A stretch of DNA of 60,240 nt, filler included. It is 6 parts of 6 records of this genome, joined end to end, with 100 filler letters (N's around TTAATTAATTAA, not from the genome) between each part and the next. Parts side by side here need not be neighbours in the genome. Positions count along the whole stretch, not along the records: positions 18,646 to 26,877 come from SRR2962707_4312; positions 26,978 to 35,775 come from SRR2962707_4314; 4 more parts are not named here. One strand, 5' to 3'. Numbering within the stretch: position 1 is the stretch's first letter; every line of letters begins with the position of its first letter. The notes beneath the pieces are model-generated. The model had not been told where the DNA came from. It did no database searches and saw only the letters and a program-made list of their open reading frames with translations. Below are positions 20,628 to 30,414 of the stretch, one piece after another. The translations under genes were made by a program, and so were the position numbers.

Positions 20628-20653
20628 AACGGGCCGGTCATCGGCCCGTTTTT
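20628..20653 (+). terminator. Rho-independent terminator
   Basis: AACGGGCCG-gtcat-CGGCCCGTT-TTT. Confidence 0.75.
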
Positions 20654-20766
20654 GCATGTAAAACTGACCTTCCTGATTGCCGCAAGCATGAGCCATCGCA
20701 TACCATGCCGGCCGGGCAGCGACGTCACCGTCTCCAGGCCCCGCCCCCGCATTTGAGGATGACTTT

Positions 20767-21630
20767 ATGACCACCGCGCCAGATCAAAGCCCATTCGTCG
20801 TTTCATTCGACTGGCTCAAAAGCCGGATCGGTGAAGCAGGCCTCAAGATTGTTGACGCCTCATGGTATCTCCCGGCTCAGAACCGCGACGGAGCCGCAGA
20901 GTTTAAAGCTTCACGCATTCCCGGCGCCGTGTTCTTCGACCAGGACAAGATCATCGAACCAGTATCCGACCTGCCGCACACCATTCCAACCGCAGCTGAT
21001 TTCGCCAGCGCCGCCGGCGGCCTCGGTCTGTCGGAAGCCGATACGATTGTCGTCTACGACGGCCCGGGCATGTTCAGCGCGCCGCGGGTCTGGTGGCTGT
21101 TGCGAATTTTTGGCGCAGGCAACACCTATGTGCTCGACGGCGGCTTCGACAGCTGGAAGCAGCAAGGCCTGCCGGTCGAAACAGGCGAACCGGCAAAGCC
21201 AGTACCAGCTGTTTTCAACCCCGCACTCAATTCCCGCGCCATCACGGATTTTGAACAGATGCGGTTGATTGTCGATACGGGCACCTCGCAGATTGCCGAC
21301 GCGCGCGGACCAGGCCGGTTTACCGGAGTCGAAGCCGAGCCACGCGCCGGCATGCGTCCGGGCCACATGCCTGGCGCCCGCAATGTTCCCTTTCCGACAC
21401 TGTTGGAAGACGGAAAACTCAAATCGATACCGGCGCTGCGCCAGGCCCTGGAAGCATCCGGTCTTGATCTCGACAAACCGGTGGTCACCACCTGCGGCTC
21501 GGGTGTGACTGCGGCGGTGATTACCCTTGCGCTGCAGTCTGTCGGCCACCACAACAACACGCTTTACGATGGATCCTGGTCGCAATGGGGTGGCCGCCAG
21601 GACACGCCAATCGTCACGGGAGAAGCTTGA
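20767..21630 (+). CDS. sseA: 3-mercaptopyruvate sulfurtransferase
   Basis: Tandem rhodanese domains, DASWYLP, PRVWW, active-site CGSGVTA, LYDGSWSQW. Confidence 0.93.
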   Translation: MTTAPDQSPFVVSFDWLKSRIGEAGLKIVDASWYLPAQNRDGAAEFKASRIPGAVFFDQDKIIEPVSDLPHTIPTAADFASAAGGLGLSEADTIVVYDGPGMFSAPRVWWLLRIFGAGNTYVLDGGFDSWKQQGLPVETGEPAKPVPAVFNPALNSRAITDFEQMRLIVDTGTSQIADARGPGRFTGVEAEPRAGMRPGHMPGARNVPFPTLLEDGKLKSIPALRQALEASGLDLDKPVVTTCGSGVTAAVITLALQSVGHHNNTLYDGSWSQWGGRQDTPIVTGEA

Positions 21631-21631
21631 G

Positions 21632-22213
21632 ATGGCAAAGTCGACAAAACCAAAATCTCTCAAGGCAACCGTCACGCATCTGCAAATGACGCGCCGCCCC
21701 CGCGCCAGCACGCCGCTGCCGGTCAATCTCCACGCAACCTTGATCAGGGCAACCGACATACCGTTGCATTTCTACCGCTACCTGCAATGGCAGGTCGGCC
21801 AGGAGTGGCACTGGGTTGACCGGCTGCGCATGAGCGATGCCCAACTGGCGGAAATCGTTCACGCAAAGACAACGCGGATATTCGTGCTCAGCGTTGACGG
21901 CGCGCCAGCCGGTTTCTTCGAGCTGTCAGAGATTGAAGATTCGACGGTTGAGCTTTCCTACTTCGGCCTGATGGACCATGTGCGCAGACGTGGACTTGGA
22001 CAATGGATGCTCGGTCAGGCGCTCAGCACCGCCTGGTCAAGTACGCCTGCCCGCGTCATCGTTTCGACCAACACGCTTGATCACTCCGCAGCCCTGCCGC
22101 TTTACCAGAAGATGGGTTTCGAACCCGTGAGCCAGAACGGAGCCATCATCCGGCCACTCTCGGATGCCGAAATCCTGACCATGGTGAAGGCTCCGCCTCC
22201 GAGCGCTGAATAG
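21632..22213 (+). CDS. GNAT acetyltransferase
   Basis: LSYFGLM..RRRGLG and ALPLYQKMGF motifs; start ATG 21632. Confidence 0.82.
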   Translation: MAKSTKPKSLKATVTHLQMTRRPRASTPLPVNLHATLIRATDIPLHFYRYLQWQVGQEWHWVDRLRMSDAQLAEIVHAKTTRIFVLSVDGAPAGFFELSEIEDSTVELSYFGLMDHVRRRGLGQWMLGQALSTAWSSTPARVIVSTNTLDHSAALPLYQKMGFEPVSQNGAIIRPLSDAEILTMVKAPPPSAE

Positions 22214-22291
22214 CATCGCTTTGCTGGAATCGGGTGGCGTGAGTGTGCGCTGCCCCATTACCTCGCAGCTTTGACCGAGCAAGCGAGGACG

Positions 22292-22768
22292 ATGATGAAA
22301 ATCAAGTTTGTACCCATGGATACTGCCACTGCCGAGCATTTGCGCAGCGGCGCGCCGGACGCCAATGGCAATCCACCGGAACACAAAATCTCAAATGGCA
22401 TCGGCGTGCCTTGCCGCTGTTGCATGAAACTCGTTGGCAAAGGCGAACCCTATCTGGTTGCGGCGTGGCGGCCGTTCACAAAAACGCATGCCTACGCTGA
22501 AACCGGCCCGGTGTTTCTTCATGCCGAGCCCTGCTCTGCGGATCCGGTCGCGCAAGGCGAGCTTCCTGCGTTCTTGCAAAACCCCGACTACATTCTGCGC
22601 GGCTATGATGCTGACGAACGCACCATCTACGGAACCGGTGGCGTCGTCAGCCTGGAAGCCGTCCCGGCGCGCATTGAGGAGCTGCTCATGCAGGCATCGG
22701 TCAAGGCCGTTCACATCCGGTCATCGCGCAACAATTGCTATCATTGTCGTGCGGTGCCTGCTGACTGA
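22292..22768 (+). CDS. DUF1203 family protein
   Basis: PCRCCM, YAETGPVFLH, LRGYD and HIRSSRNNCYHC motifs. Confidence 0.8.
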   Translation: MMKIKFVPMDTATAEHLRSGAPDANGNPPEHKISNGIGVPCRCCMKLVGKGEPYLVAAWRPFTKTHAYAETGPVFLHAEPCSADPVAQGELPAFLQNPDYILRGYDADERTIYGTGGVVSLEAVPARIEELLMQASVKAVHIRSSRNNCYHCRAVPAD

Positions 22769-22788
22769 CCACCTGACCGGCTCAAAAC

Positions 22789-22824
22789 AAAAAAGCCCGC
22801 CCGCATGGTTGGATGCGGACGGGC
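22789..22824 (-). terminator. Rho-independent terminator of ald
   Basis: GCCCG.CCGCAT/ATGCGG.CGGGC stem followed by T6 on the minus strand. Confidence 0.75.
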
Positions 22825-22867
22825 CGGACTTGTCGATAGCCCAAAAGCCTTGGGTTGTCAGGACGGC

Positions 22868-23986
22868 TTAGGCGACCTTGAGCACCTGATCCATATCGGC
22901 CAGCTCATAGCCCAGCGCCTCGGCCACCGGACGGCTGGTGATGCGGCCCTTGTGAACATTCAATCCGGCACGCAAGTGACGGTCTTCTGTAATTGCCTTG
23001 AGGCCCTTGTCGGCCAGCATCAGGCCATAAAACAGCGTGGCGTTGTTAAGCGCGTGCGCCGAGGTGATCGGCACCGCGCCCGGCATGTTGGCGACGCAAT
23101 AATGGATGACGCCATCAACCTCGTAAGTTGGCTCGGCATGAGTGGTGGCATGCGAGGTCTCGAAGCAGCCGCCCTGATCGATGGCGACGTCCACGATTAC
23201 AGACCCCTTCTTCATGCCCGACAGCATCTCGCGGGTCACGAGCTTTGGTGCAGCAGCGCCGGGGATCAGCACCGCACCGATCACCACATCCGCCGAGAAG
23301 ACTTCTTCTTCCAGCGCTTCGATGGTCGAGTAACGGGTGTGGACCCGGCCGTTGAAAATGTCGTCGAGTTGACGCAACCGCGGCAGCGACCGGTCGAGAA
23401 TGGTCACGTCGGCACCCAGGCCGACAGCCATCTTGGCCGAGTTCAGTCCAACGACGCCGCCGCCAATCACGGTGATCTTGGCAGGCAGCACGCCGGGAAC
23501 ACCGCCGAGCAGAATACCGCGTCCGCCATTGGCCTTTTGCAGCGAGGTGGCGCCAGCCTGGATCGCCAGACGCCCTGCCACTTCCGACATTGGCGCCAGC
23601 AACGGCAGGCCGCCACGATCATCGGTCACGGTCTCGTAGGCCACCGCGGTACAGCCTGAAGCCAGCAGGCCCTTGGTCTGCTCCGGATCCGGAGCCAGGT
23701 GCAGATAGGTGTAGAGAAGCTGACCTTCACGCAATTGCGCCCATTCGGACGGTTGCGGTTCCTTGACCTTGACCACCATGTCGGAGCGCTCGAAAATTTC
23801 CTTGGCGCTGCCAACAATCGTGGCGCCGGCGGCCTGGTAGGCCGCATCGTCTTCGCCGATGCCCATGCCAGCCTTGGTCTCGATGATCACATCGTGGCCA
23901 TGCGCCACATATTCACGCACAGCACCCGGCGTCAGGCCGACACGATATTCATGGTTCTTGATTTCCTTGGGGCAGCCTACGCGCAT
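22868..23986 (-). CDS. ald: Alanine dehydrogenase
   Basis: [45 protein letters not shown] and YCVANMPGA motifs. Confidence 0.97.
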   Translation of the reverse strand: MRVGCPKEIKNHEYRVGLTPGAVREYVAHGHDVIIETKAGMGIGEDDAAYQAAGATIVGSAKEIFERSDMVVKVKEPQPSEWAQLREGQLLYTYLHLAPDPEQTKGLLASGCTAVAYETVTDDRGGLPLLAPMSEVAGRLAIQAGATSLQKANGGRGILLGGVPGVLPAKITVIGGGVVGLNSAKMAVGLGADVTILDRSLPRLRQLDDIFNGRVHTRYSTIEALEEEVFSADVVIGAVLIPGAAAPKLVTREMLSGMKKGSVIVDVAIDQGGCFETSHATTHAEPTYEVDGVIHYCVANMPGAVPITSAHALNNATLFYGLMLADKGLKAITEDRHLRAGLNVHKGRITSRPVAEALGYELADMDQVLKVA

Positions 23987-24065
23987 TGACGTCTCCTCCG
24001 AGCGTTGGATGACGCAGCCAGCGTCAGATCCGGTTTCAATGCGGCCTATTCAAACACCGGCGCCT

Positions 24066-24152
24066 CGAAATGTCCTTGCGATCCGGCCTTGTCCGCATCA
24101 CGAGTTTCGAATATTCTTGCGCCAAACAACCTATTTTCCGGATATTCTTCAC
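24066..24152. promoter_or_regulatory. Three phased candidate AldR (Lrp-type) binding sites
   Basis: CGAAATGTCCTTGCG (24066-80), TCGAATATTCTTGCG (24107-21), CCGGATATTCTTCAC (24138-52); spacings of 41 and 31 bp. Confidence 0.55.
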
Positions 24153-24617
24153 ATGCATGAGCTTGATACACTCGATATCGCCATATTGAAGACGCTTCAA
24201 AGCGAGGGGCGCATCTCCAACGCAGCACTTGCCGAACGGGTTGGCCTGTCAGCATCCGCATGCTCGCGTCGTCTCGATATTCTCGAAAAATCAGACGTCA
24301 TCAAGGGCTATCACGCGCGGCTTTCACACAAGGCGCTCGATTACCGGATGATCGCCATCGTCCATATCTCGCTGTCCGGGCAATTTGCCAAAACCCTCTC
24401 CGAGTTCGAAACCGCGGTGAAACTCTGCCCCAATGTGCTTGTCTGCTATCTGATGAGTGGCGAGTACGATTATATCCTGCGTGTCGCTGCTCGCGACCTT
24501 GAGGACTATGAACGGATCCACCGTGACTGGTTGTCGGCGCTTCCCCATGTGGTCAAGATCAACTCGAGCTTTGCGTTACGCGAGATCATCGACCGGCCCA
24601 ATGTTGGCCTCGGCTGA
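24153..24617 (+). CDS. aldR: Lrp/AsnC family regulator of ald
   Basis: LDTLDIAILKTLQSEGRISNAALAERVGLS HTH and MSGEYDY motif; divergent from ald. Confidence 0.88.
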   Translation: MHELDTLDIAILKTLQSEGRISNAALAERVGLSASACSRRLDILEKSDVIKGYHARLSHKALDYRMIAIVHISLSGQFAKTLSEFETAVKLCPNVLVCYLMSGEYDYILRVAARDLEDYERIHRDWLSALPHVVKINSSFALREIIDRPNVGLG

Positions 24618-24621
24618 TACC

Positions 24622-24636
24622 TGACTAAATTACTCA
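24622..24636. promoter_or_regulatory. RirA (IRO) iron-response box
   Basis: TGA-CTAAATTAC-TCA (TGA-N9-TCA) upstream of the siderophore-interacting gene. Confidence 0.65.
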
Positions 24637-24697
24637 TGTTAATTTCAATCAGATCTGTTAGGTAAGCCTCACGAACTTGACCTGAAGGAGTAAGACC

Positions 24698-25441
24698 ATG
24701 GCCCGTCCTGAACCACGTGAACTGGATGTCATCGGCAAACAGAAAGTGACACCAAACATGCTGCGGGTCACGCTTGGCGGAGCCGGGCTGGCAGGGTTTC
24801 CGGAAGACCAGACCAGTGCCTATATCAAGCTCCGGCTTCCAGACGCTGCCAGCGGGCGCGACGTGGTCCGCACCTACACCGTTCGCACGCATCACGCAGA
24901 GACGATCGATGTCGATTTCGCCCTGCATGAAGATTGCGGTCCTGCCACCATGTGGGCGATGAACGTGCAGGCTGGAGACACCATCATGGTCGGCGGTCCC
25001 GGACCGCGCAAGCTCGTGCATGACAATGCGGATTGGTATCTGCTGGTCGGAGACATGACCGCCCTTCCCGCAATCTCCGGCAATCTTGAATTGCTCCCCG
25101 AAACTGCGCGCGGAACAGCTGCCATCGAGGTCGTGGATCAGGCAGATATCCAGGATCTCAAGAAGCCGCAGCACCTTGCCATCGAATGGGTGATCAATCC
25201 CCGGCCCGGCCACGACAGTGACCTGCTGGTCGAGCGGGTCCGGAGCCTGCCTTGGCACGATGGAAACCCATCGGTCTGGGCAGCTTGCGAATTTTCCAGC
25301 ATGCGCAAGCTGCGCGACTATTTCCGTGGCGAACGCGGCCTGGACAGCTCCAATCTCTACATTTCCAGCTACTGGAAGGCTGGAAGCAATGAAGACAACC
25401 ACAAGATCGCCAAGCGTGAGGATGCGACCACGGAGGCTTGA
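24698..25441 (+). CDS. Siderophore-interacting protein (ViuB/SIP family)
   Basis: TPNMLRVTL, RTYTVR, DFALH, GD.TALPAI, WAACE and SSYWK motifs. Confidence 0.9.
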   Translation: MARPEPRELDVIGKQKVTPNMLRVTLGGAGLAGFPEDQTSAYIKLRLPDAASGRDVVRTYTVRTHHAETIDVDFALHEDCGPATMWAMNVQAGDTIMVGGPGPRKLVHDNADWYLLVGDMTALPAISGNLELLPETARGTAAIEVVDQADIQDLKKPQHLAIEWVINPRPGHDSDLLVERVRSLPWHDGNPSVWAACEFSSMRKLRDYFRGERGLDSSNLYISSYWKAGSNEDNHKIAKREDATTEA

Positions 25442-25546
25442 TGAGCGCCTGATTCCGCATGCGCAAGCCTATGTTCCAACTGGACCGCTCGACGTCTTAC
25501 CGCTACTGATGAACCAGGGACGACACAACACCATCGGGGGAAGCTC

Positions 25547-25915
25547 ATGAAACTCATCAAGACATCCGTTGCAATTCTGTTTGCAGCAGCCATCACAACG
25601 ACAGGCGCTATTGCCGGAACCGGCGCTGACGGCGTTTTCACCATTCACAATGAGACCGAAAACAATGTTGTTTCCGGCTTCTACACAAGTGAAGACGAGG
25701 GCGACAGCTGGAGCACCAACTGGCTGTCCATCCAGGTTCGCCCCGGCGAATCCGCCGAAGCGCGTTTCCATGCAAACTCCGGCCCCTGCGAGCAGGTCCT
25801 GCAGGTCGGCTGGGTCGGCGATGGCGGCGGAGAAGTCCTTGATGAGCCGATCAGCATCGACATTTGCGAAGCCAGCAATGTCTATCTGGAAGACAACGAC
25901 GTCAGCTTCGACTGA
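25547..25915 (+). CDS. Small secreted hypothetical protein
   Basis: Signal peptide, FTIHNET..FYTS..WSTNW, two Cys (CEQV, IDIC), acidic. Confidence 0.65.
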   Translation: MKLIKTSVAILFAAAITTTGAIAGTGADGVFTIHNETENNVVSGFYTSEDEGDSWSTNWLSIQVRPGESAEARFHANSGPCEQVLQVGWVGDGGGEVLDEPISIDICEASNVYLEDNDVSFD

Positions 25916-25945
25916 CATCGATCGGCTCTGGCCAAATAAAAATAC

Positions 25946-25980
25946 AAAACGGCGCGGACCCATCGGTTTCGCGCCGTATT
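25946..25980. terminator. Hairpin between convergent genes (probable terminator)
   Basis: ACGGCGCG...CGCGCCGT stem with an A-rich 5' flank. Confidence 0.6.
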
Positions 25981-26032
25981 CGTTAGGACCAAGCCCCAAG
26001 CACGTCTGCCACGCGCTCAAACCACCGCACAC

Positions 26033-26344
26033 CTACTTGAACAGTGCGGCCCCCTGCTCATCGATAATCTGGCGTGCCTTGCGTAGGGTCGCGGCTTCAA
26101 CCTCGTCGCGGTTTGAGAAGATGTCTGCGCGGATGAACTTGTGCTCTTTCGCAGCCTCCCCCTCGCCATTGCCTGCTTCGCCTTTGACAATACGCCCTGC
26201 CAGCCGCCATTGCCCGCCCTCGGAAATCGGCTCGGCATAGATCAGGCAATCCTTGTAGATATCAGGCTCATTGGCAGCCTGTGGTGGCTTGGACGCCGAA
26301 CCGCCGCCGAACAAATTGCGGATGTTGTCCATTATACCTGCCAT
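26033..26344 (-). CDS. HlyU family protein (alphaproteobacterial type)
   Basis: LFGGG, EGGQWRLAGRI, HKFIRADIF and KARQIIDEQG motifs; RBS GAGGAG before ATG 26344. Confidence 0.8.
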   Translation of the reverse strand: MAGIMDNIRNLFGGGSASKPPQAANEPDIYKDCLIYAEPISEGGQWRLAGRIVKGEAGNGEGEAAKEHKFIRADIFSNRDEVEAATLRKARQIIDEQGAALFK

Positions 26345-26562
26345 GCCATACTCCTCACGATCGCAAACAATTGGTTGCCGGCGCCTGCCGGACAAACTCG
26401 GCCCGTACGGCGCCACTGCTGAATTCGGTTGCACAAGTGTCATGTCGGGATCACACTTGCGATTTATGCCTTGTCGCCAAAGGTGACAGAAGGCCCGGAT
26501 GCAGATGCGCGCCGACAGACCCGCCATGCATCCTTTTTAGGTCAATCGCAGGGAGAAAGTCC

Positions 26563-26877
26563 ATGAAAGACCAACGCATTTTCGACATGCTGCATCCAAT
26601 CTCGCGGCGTTCCTTGCTGGGCGGCCTCGCGGCCACCAGCGCGCTCGTCATGGTGCATCCGTTTACCGCCAGAGCCAATGCCAATCAGGCACATCTGCGG
26701 ATCATGGAAACCACCGACCTGCACGTCCATGTGTTTGCCTACGATTATTACGGCGACAAACCCAATGACACCATGGGCCTCGCCCGCACAGCATCGATCA
26801 TCGACCAGATCCGCTCGGAGGCCGAAAATTCGATCCTGGTCGACAATGGCGACTTTCTGCAAGGCAACCCGATGGGC
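26563..26877 (+). CDS. cpdB: 2',3'-cyclic-nucleotide 2'-phosphodiesterase/3'-nucleotidase (3' truncated)
   Basis: Tat signal SRRSLL, LRIMETTDLHVH, YDYY and DNGDFLQGNPMG motifs. Confidence 0.9.
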
Positions 26878-26977
26878 NNNNNNNNNNNNNNNNNNNNNNN
26901 NNNNNNNNNNNNNNNNNNNNNTTAATTAATTAANNNNNNNNNNNNNNNNNNNNNNNNNNNNNNNNNNNNNNNNNNNN
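26878..26977. other. Artificial contig linker
   Basis: N44-TTAATTAATTAA-N44. Confidence 0.98.
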
Positions 26978-27037
26978 GAGCTTGCCTGCAAGCGAATTGT
27001 GCTTTCGAACTCCAAGGATTCGATTGCAGGCAGGCTC
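26978..27037. repeat. REP/REPIN-like inverted repeat at the contig start
   Basis: GAGCTTGCCTGCAAGCGAAT ... ATTCGATTGCAGGCAGGCTC (18/20 complementary); the same unit occurs at 44334-44348. Confidence 0.65.
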
Positions 27038-27070
27038 TTATGTAGCCATCTCTGATTTATGTCTCCAGAT

Positions 27071-29803
27071 CTAAACCACCCCGGCCTTGCGGGCAATGGC
27101 CACCGCTTCGGTGCGATTGCTGGCGTTGAGCTTGGCGTTGATATTGCGTAAATGGGTGCGGATAGTGCTGTCCGAAACGAACAGCTTTTCCGCCATGGCA
27201 CTGTTGGAGTGCCCTTCCGCGAGCAGCTTGAGGACGCGGATTTCCTTGCGCGTCAGCGGTTCGGGCAGCAGCAGTGCCTGGGCATCTTCCACTGGCGGAT
27301 AAGCATTGAACACGGTGGGGCCGAATCCTTGCAGCAGTTGCTGCAGGTACTCGGCGAACAACGGCTCGCGGCGATCCTGTTTGCGTTCGAGCGTATCGGA
27401 CTGCAGATGCACCACCAGCGCGCCCACCCGCGGGCCTTCGTCCAGGATCAGGCGGAAGTAACCTTCCCGGCAGGCTTCCTTGAGCACCTTCTCCATTTCT
27501 TCCAGGGCGCCGCGCAACTGTCCCTTGCGCTGCAGCGCCACTGCCAGGAACAGGCGCAGTTTACAGGCGCGACGATGGCGGGAATCGTGCACCGCTTCCG
27601 CGATCGCTTCGCGCAGCTTCTCCACCGCGCTGCCGGCGTCGCCGACCAGGCTCTCCCAGCGTAACCGGCCGATTTGCGCGGTTTCCAGATCGTTGGCGAG
27701 CAGCCGCAGTCCCTTTACCCGGTCCCATACTTGCGGATCGTCGGCCCGGTCCAGCTCAGCCAGTGAGGCCTCTTCGTCACCTTGCAGCAGCATCAAGTGG
27801 GCCCGTTCCAGGCGCGCCGTGGCGACCACCCGGGGCTGTTGGCGCCGGTGTCCGGTCAACTCCAGGGAGGCCAGAATCTGGAAGGCTTTATCCAGATCGC
27901 CTTCGTGGAAGGCGATGCGGGAGAGCATGACATCGCCAAGGATCATGTGATCCGGCAGGCCGATGTCGCGCACCAGTGGCACATAGACGTTAAGCAGCCG
28001 CGCCGCCTGCGGCAGATCATTGGACTCATAGACGGCACTGGCATGCAATACGCCGGCCCAGGCATTGCCGGTGGTGCCGCTGAAGGAAAAGGCGCCGCGC
28101 GCCCGGGTCATGCCCACCGCCAGACGGAAGCGGGCGGCGGCCTGGCGCTGGCGGCCTTCCTGCAAGTCGATGATGCCTTCCACCGACTCGGAATACATGG
28201 CATTGAAGGCGCTTTCGTAGACCCCCTGGACATCGCGGGCGCCGTCCAGCAACTGCCGTGCTTCCTGGTATTCGCCCATCACCGAATAGGCATTGGCCAC
28301 GGTATTGACCAGCGCGGTATCGGCGAAAGGGTCGCCGTTGGGCAGTTGCTTCAGGGCTTCGCGGCCGATCCGGTAGGCTTCCTCGAAGTCGTCCATGATC
28401 GCCAGGATCGATGGGCGCAGCGCCAGCACGTGAGGGCGGATTTGCGGATCGCGGGAGTTTTCCAGGCCGGTGCGCTGCAGCAGGTCCATGGCCTTGCGCG
28501 GGCTGGCGGTGAAACACAGAGCCCAGACATGAATCGCCTGCAGTAGCGGATAGCCTTCCAGACGCTCCGCCGGGATGGTCTCGAACCAGCGCGCCAACAG
28601 ACGCATGCGCCCCTGGGCCAGCAGCTCCTCGCCGTGCACCGACAGTAACTCCAGAGCGCGGCGATAATCCTTGCCCTCCAGGGCATGGTCAATGGCCGGC
28701 ACCGGGCGGTGCTGATCCTCGAACCAGTGCGAGGCGGCGCGGTGCAGATACGGGACTTCCTGGGGCAGGTGCTGCTCCAGTTGGGCGCGCAGGAAGTCGG
28801 CGAACAGGCTGTGATAACGGTACAACCGCTCCTGGCCTTCGATCGGCACCAGAAAAATGTTGGCCTCGTTGAGCAGATTGATCAGCGATTCGCTGTCGGT
28901 GTCCGGTAACAGGGCATTGCACAGCGGCACGCTCATGTAGCGCAGGATGCTGGTGCGCAGCAGGAAATTTCTCACCCGCGGCGGTTGCTGGGAGAGCACA
29001 TCCTCGGCCAGATAATGGGCCACGGCCCGATTCTCGCCGGAGAAGCTGGCGATGAACTCCGCCGGCGCCGGGTGGTGCTCCAGCGCCAGGGAAGCGAGCC
29101 AGAGCGCCGCCACCCAGCCTTCGGTTTTGTCATGGATATGGCCGAGATCGTCCAGCGACAGCGACAGCTGGCGGCAGCCATTGAGAAACTGGTGGGTTTC
29201 CTCCTTGGAAAAGCGCATCAGCTCGGAGTCTATTTCCAGCAGCCGCCCACGCGCACGCAGCCGGCCCAGGCCCAGTTCCGGCATGCTGCGGGAGCCGATC
29301 ACCAGGCGGCAGTTGTGCGGCAGGTGATCGATGATTTCACGCACCAGCCCCAGCACGGTGGGCTCATGGATCCGTTCGAAATCATCCAGGAACAGGGCGA
29401 AGGCGGCGTGTTCGGCGGCCAGACTGGTGACCAGTTCCAACGCCGTGTCGCCGGGCGACTTGCTGGAATGAAGGCCGCGTTCCGACTCCCGGGGCAGTTC
29501 CATCATCGAGGAGATGGCCGCCTCGACGCAGGAGAGGAAGCGTTGGATGTCGTTGTCGGCGTCGTCCAGGGTCAGCCAGGCTGTGGCCACGCCCTCGGAC
29601 TCAAACCGTTCCAGGCATTGAGCCATCAGCGTGGATTTACCGAAGCCCGCTGGCGCCTGGAACAACACCAGCTTGGCGGCACTGGCCCCGACCACGGAGT
29701 CACGGATGCGGGTGCGGGTAACCTGTGAAGAATGCGACGTGGGCGGACTCAGCTTGCTGTTGAGCAGCGTCCTCGTGGAAAGCAGATAGCTCGACGTCTT
29801 CAT
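27071..29803 (-). CDS. MalT-like ATP-dependent LuxR family transcriptional regulator
   Basis: KLSPP, Walker A APAGFGKST, WLTLD..DND, FLDDF, TEGW, YRYHSLF; C-terminal LuxR HTH (LTRKE...TIRTHLRNI). Confidence 0.93.
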   Translation of the reverse strand: MKTSSYLLSTRTLLNSKLSPPTSHSSQVTRTRIRDSVVGASAAKLVLFQAPAGFGKSTLMAQCLERFESEGVATAWLTLDDADNDIQRFLSCVEAAISSMMELPRESERGLHSSKSPGDTALELVTSLAAEHAAFALFLDDFERIHEPTVLGLVREIIDHLPHNCRLVIGSRSMPELGLGRLRARGRLLEIDSELMRFSKEETHQFLNGCRQLSLSLDDLGHIHDKTEGWVAALWLASLALEHHPAPAEFIASFSGENRAVAHYLAEDVLSQQPPRVRNFLLRTSILRYMSVPLCNALLPDTDSESLINLLNEANIFLVPIEGQERLYRYHSLFADFLRAQLEQHLPQEVPYLHRAASHWFEDQHRPVPAIDHALEGKDYRRALELLSVHGEELLAQGRMRLLARWFETIPAERLEGYPLLQAIHVWALCFTASPRKAMDLLQRTGLENSRDPQIRPHVLALRPSILAIMDDFEEAYRIGREALKQLPNGDPFADTALVNTVANAYSVMGEYQEARQLLDGARDVQGVYESAFNAMYSESVEGIIDLQEGRQRQAAARFRLAVGMTRARGAFSFSGTTGNAWAGVLHASAVYESNDLPQAARLLNVYVPLVRDIGLPDHMILGDVMLSRIAFHEGDLDKAFQILASLELTGHRRQQPRVVATARLERAHLMLLQGDEEASLAELDRADDPQVWDRVKGLRLLANDLETAQIGRLRWESLVGDAGSAVEKLREAIAEAVHDSRHRRACKLRLFLAVALQRKGQLRGALEEMEKVLKEACREGYFRLILDEGPRVGALVVHLQSDTLERKQDRREPLFAEYLQQLLQGFGPTVFNAYPPVEDAQALLLPEPLTRKEIRVLKLLAEGHSNSAMAEKLFVSDSTIRTHLRNINAKLNASNRTEAVAIARKAGVV

Positions 29804-30204
29804 GGATGCCTACCTCAGGGGTGAACCGAGCCGATGCAACCATCGGTTCTTGTTGTTATGGCCTTTTGGGCTGCCAGTACCAGGGCAAAATGCAGGCGCG
29901 AAGCGATGAGTAGAGAGTCGTGCGGCTCCCGAGCCGATCTTGCCGCTCTCTCGTACCTATTACCTTCTAGCTGGTTTTTGCCAATTCCCGCACCTACCAA
30001 AGAGTATCCTGAAAACTACAGCCGTGGGAGCTTATGTTCAAGCCAGTGCGGTTACTTGTAGGGAGGAGGCTGGGGGTTGTCAATGAACCCGGTCAAGTGA
30101 CGAGGTTTTGCCAACCGGAGCCGGCAGTTTTCGCCAGGGATCAGACGGGAAAGACAGGGCCATATTTCTGTTTATTCCATAAATATCAAAGGCCTTGCAC
30201 TGTT

Positions 30205-30220
30205 TCGTCCGTTTAGACGA
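30205..30220. promoter_or_regulatory. Palindrome TCGTC-N6-GACGA, copy 1
   Basis: TCGTCCGTTTAGACGA; -10-like TAGCCT 23 nt downstream. Confidence 0.6.
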
Positions 30221-30414
30221 TATCCAGCATCGATGCACTCTCCTAGCCTTTCAAAAGTAGCGGCGTGGTCTTGCCGTGGCCTTGAGTAGAGAACGAGCGT
30301 ACACCGTCAGAGCCTGAATACTTCCTGGAATTTCAGTGGTCATTGCGATGCAGTGTTCTCGGAGCCGCCCCAGCGCCGCTGCCATCCCTTTATAAGTTAA
30401 TTGAAGGATTTCCT

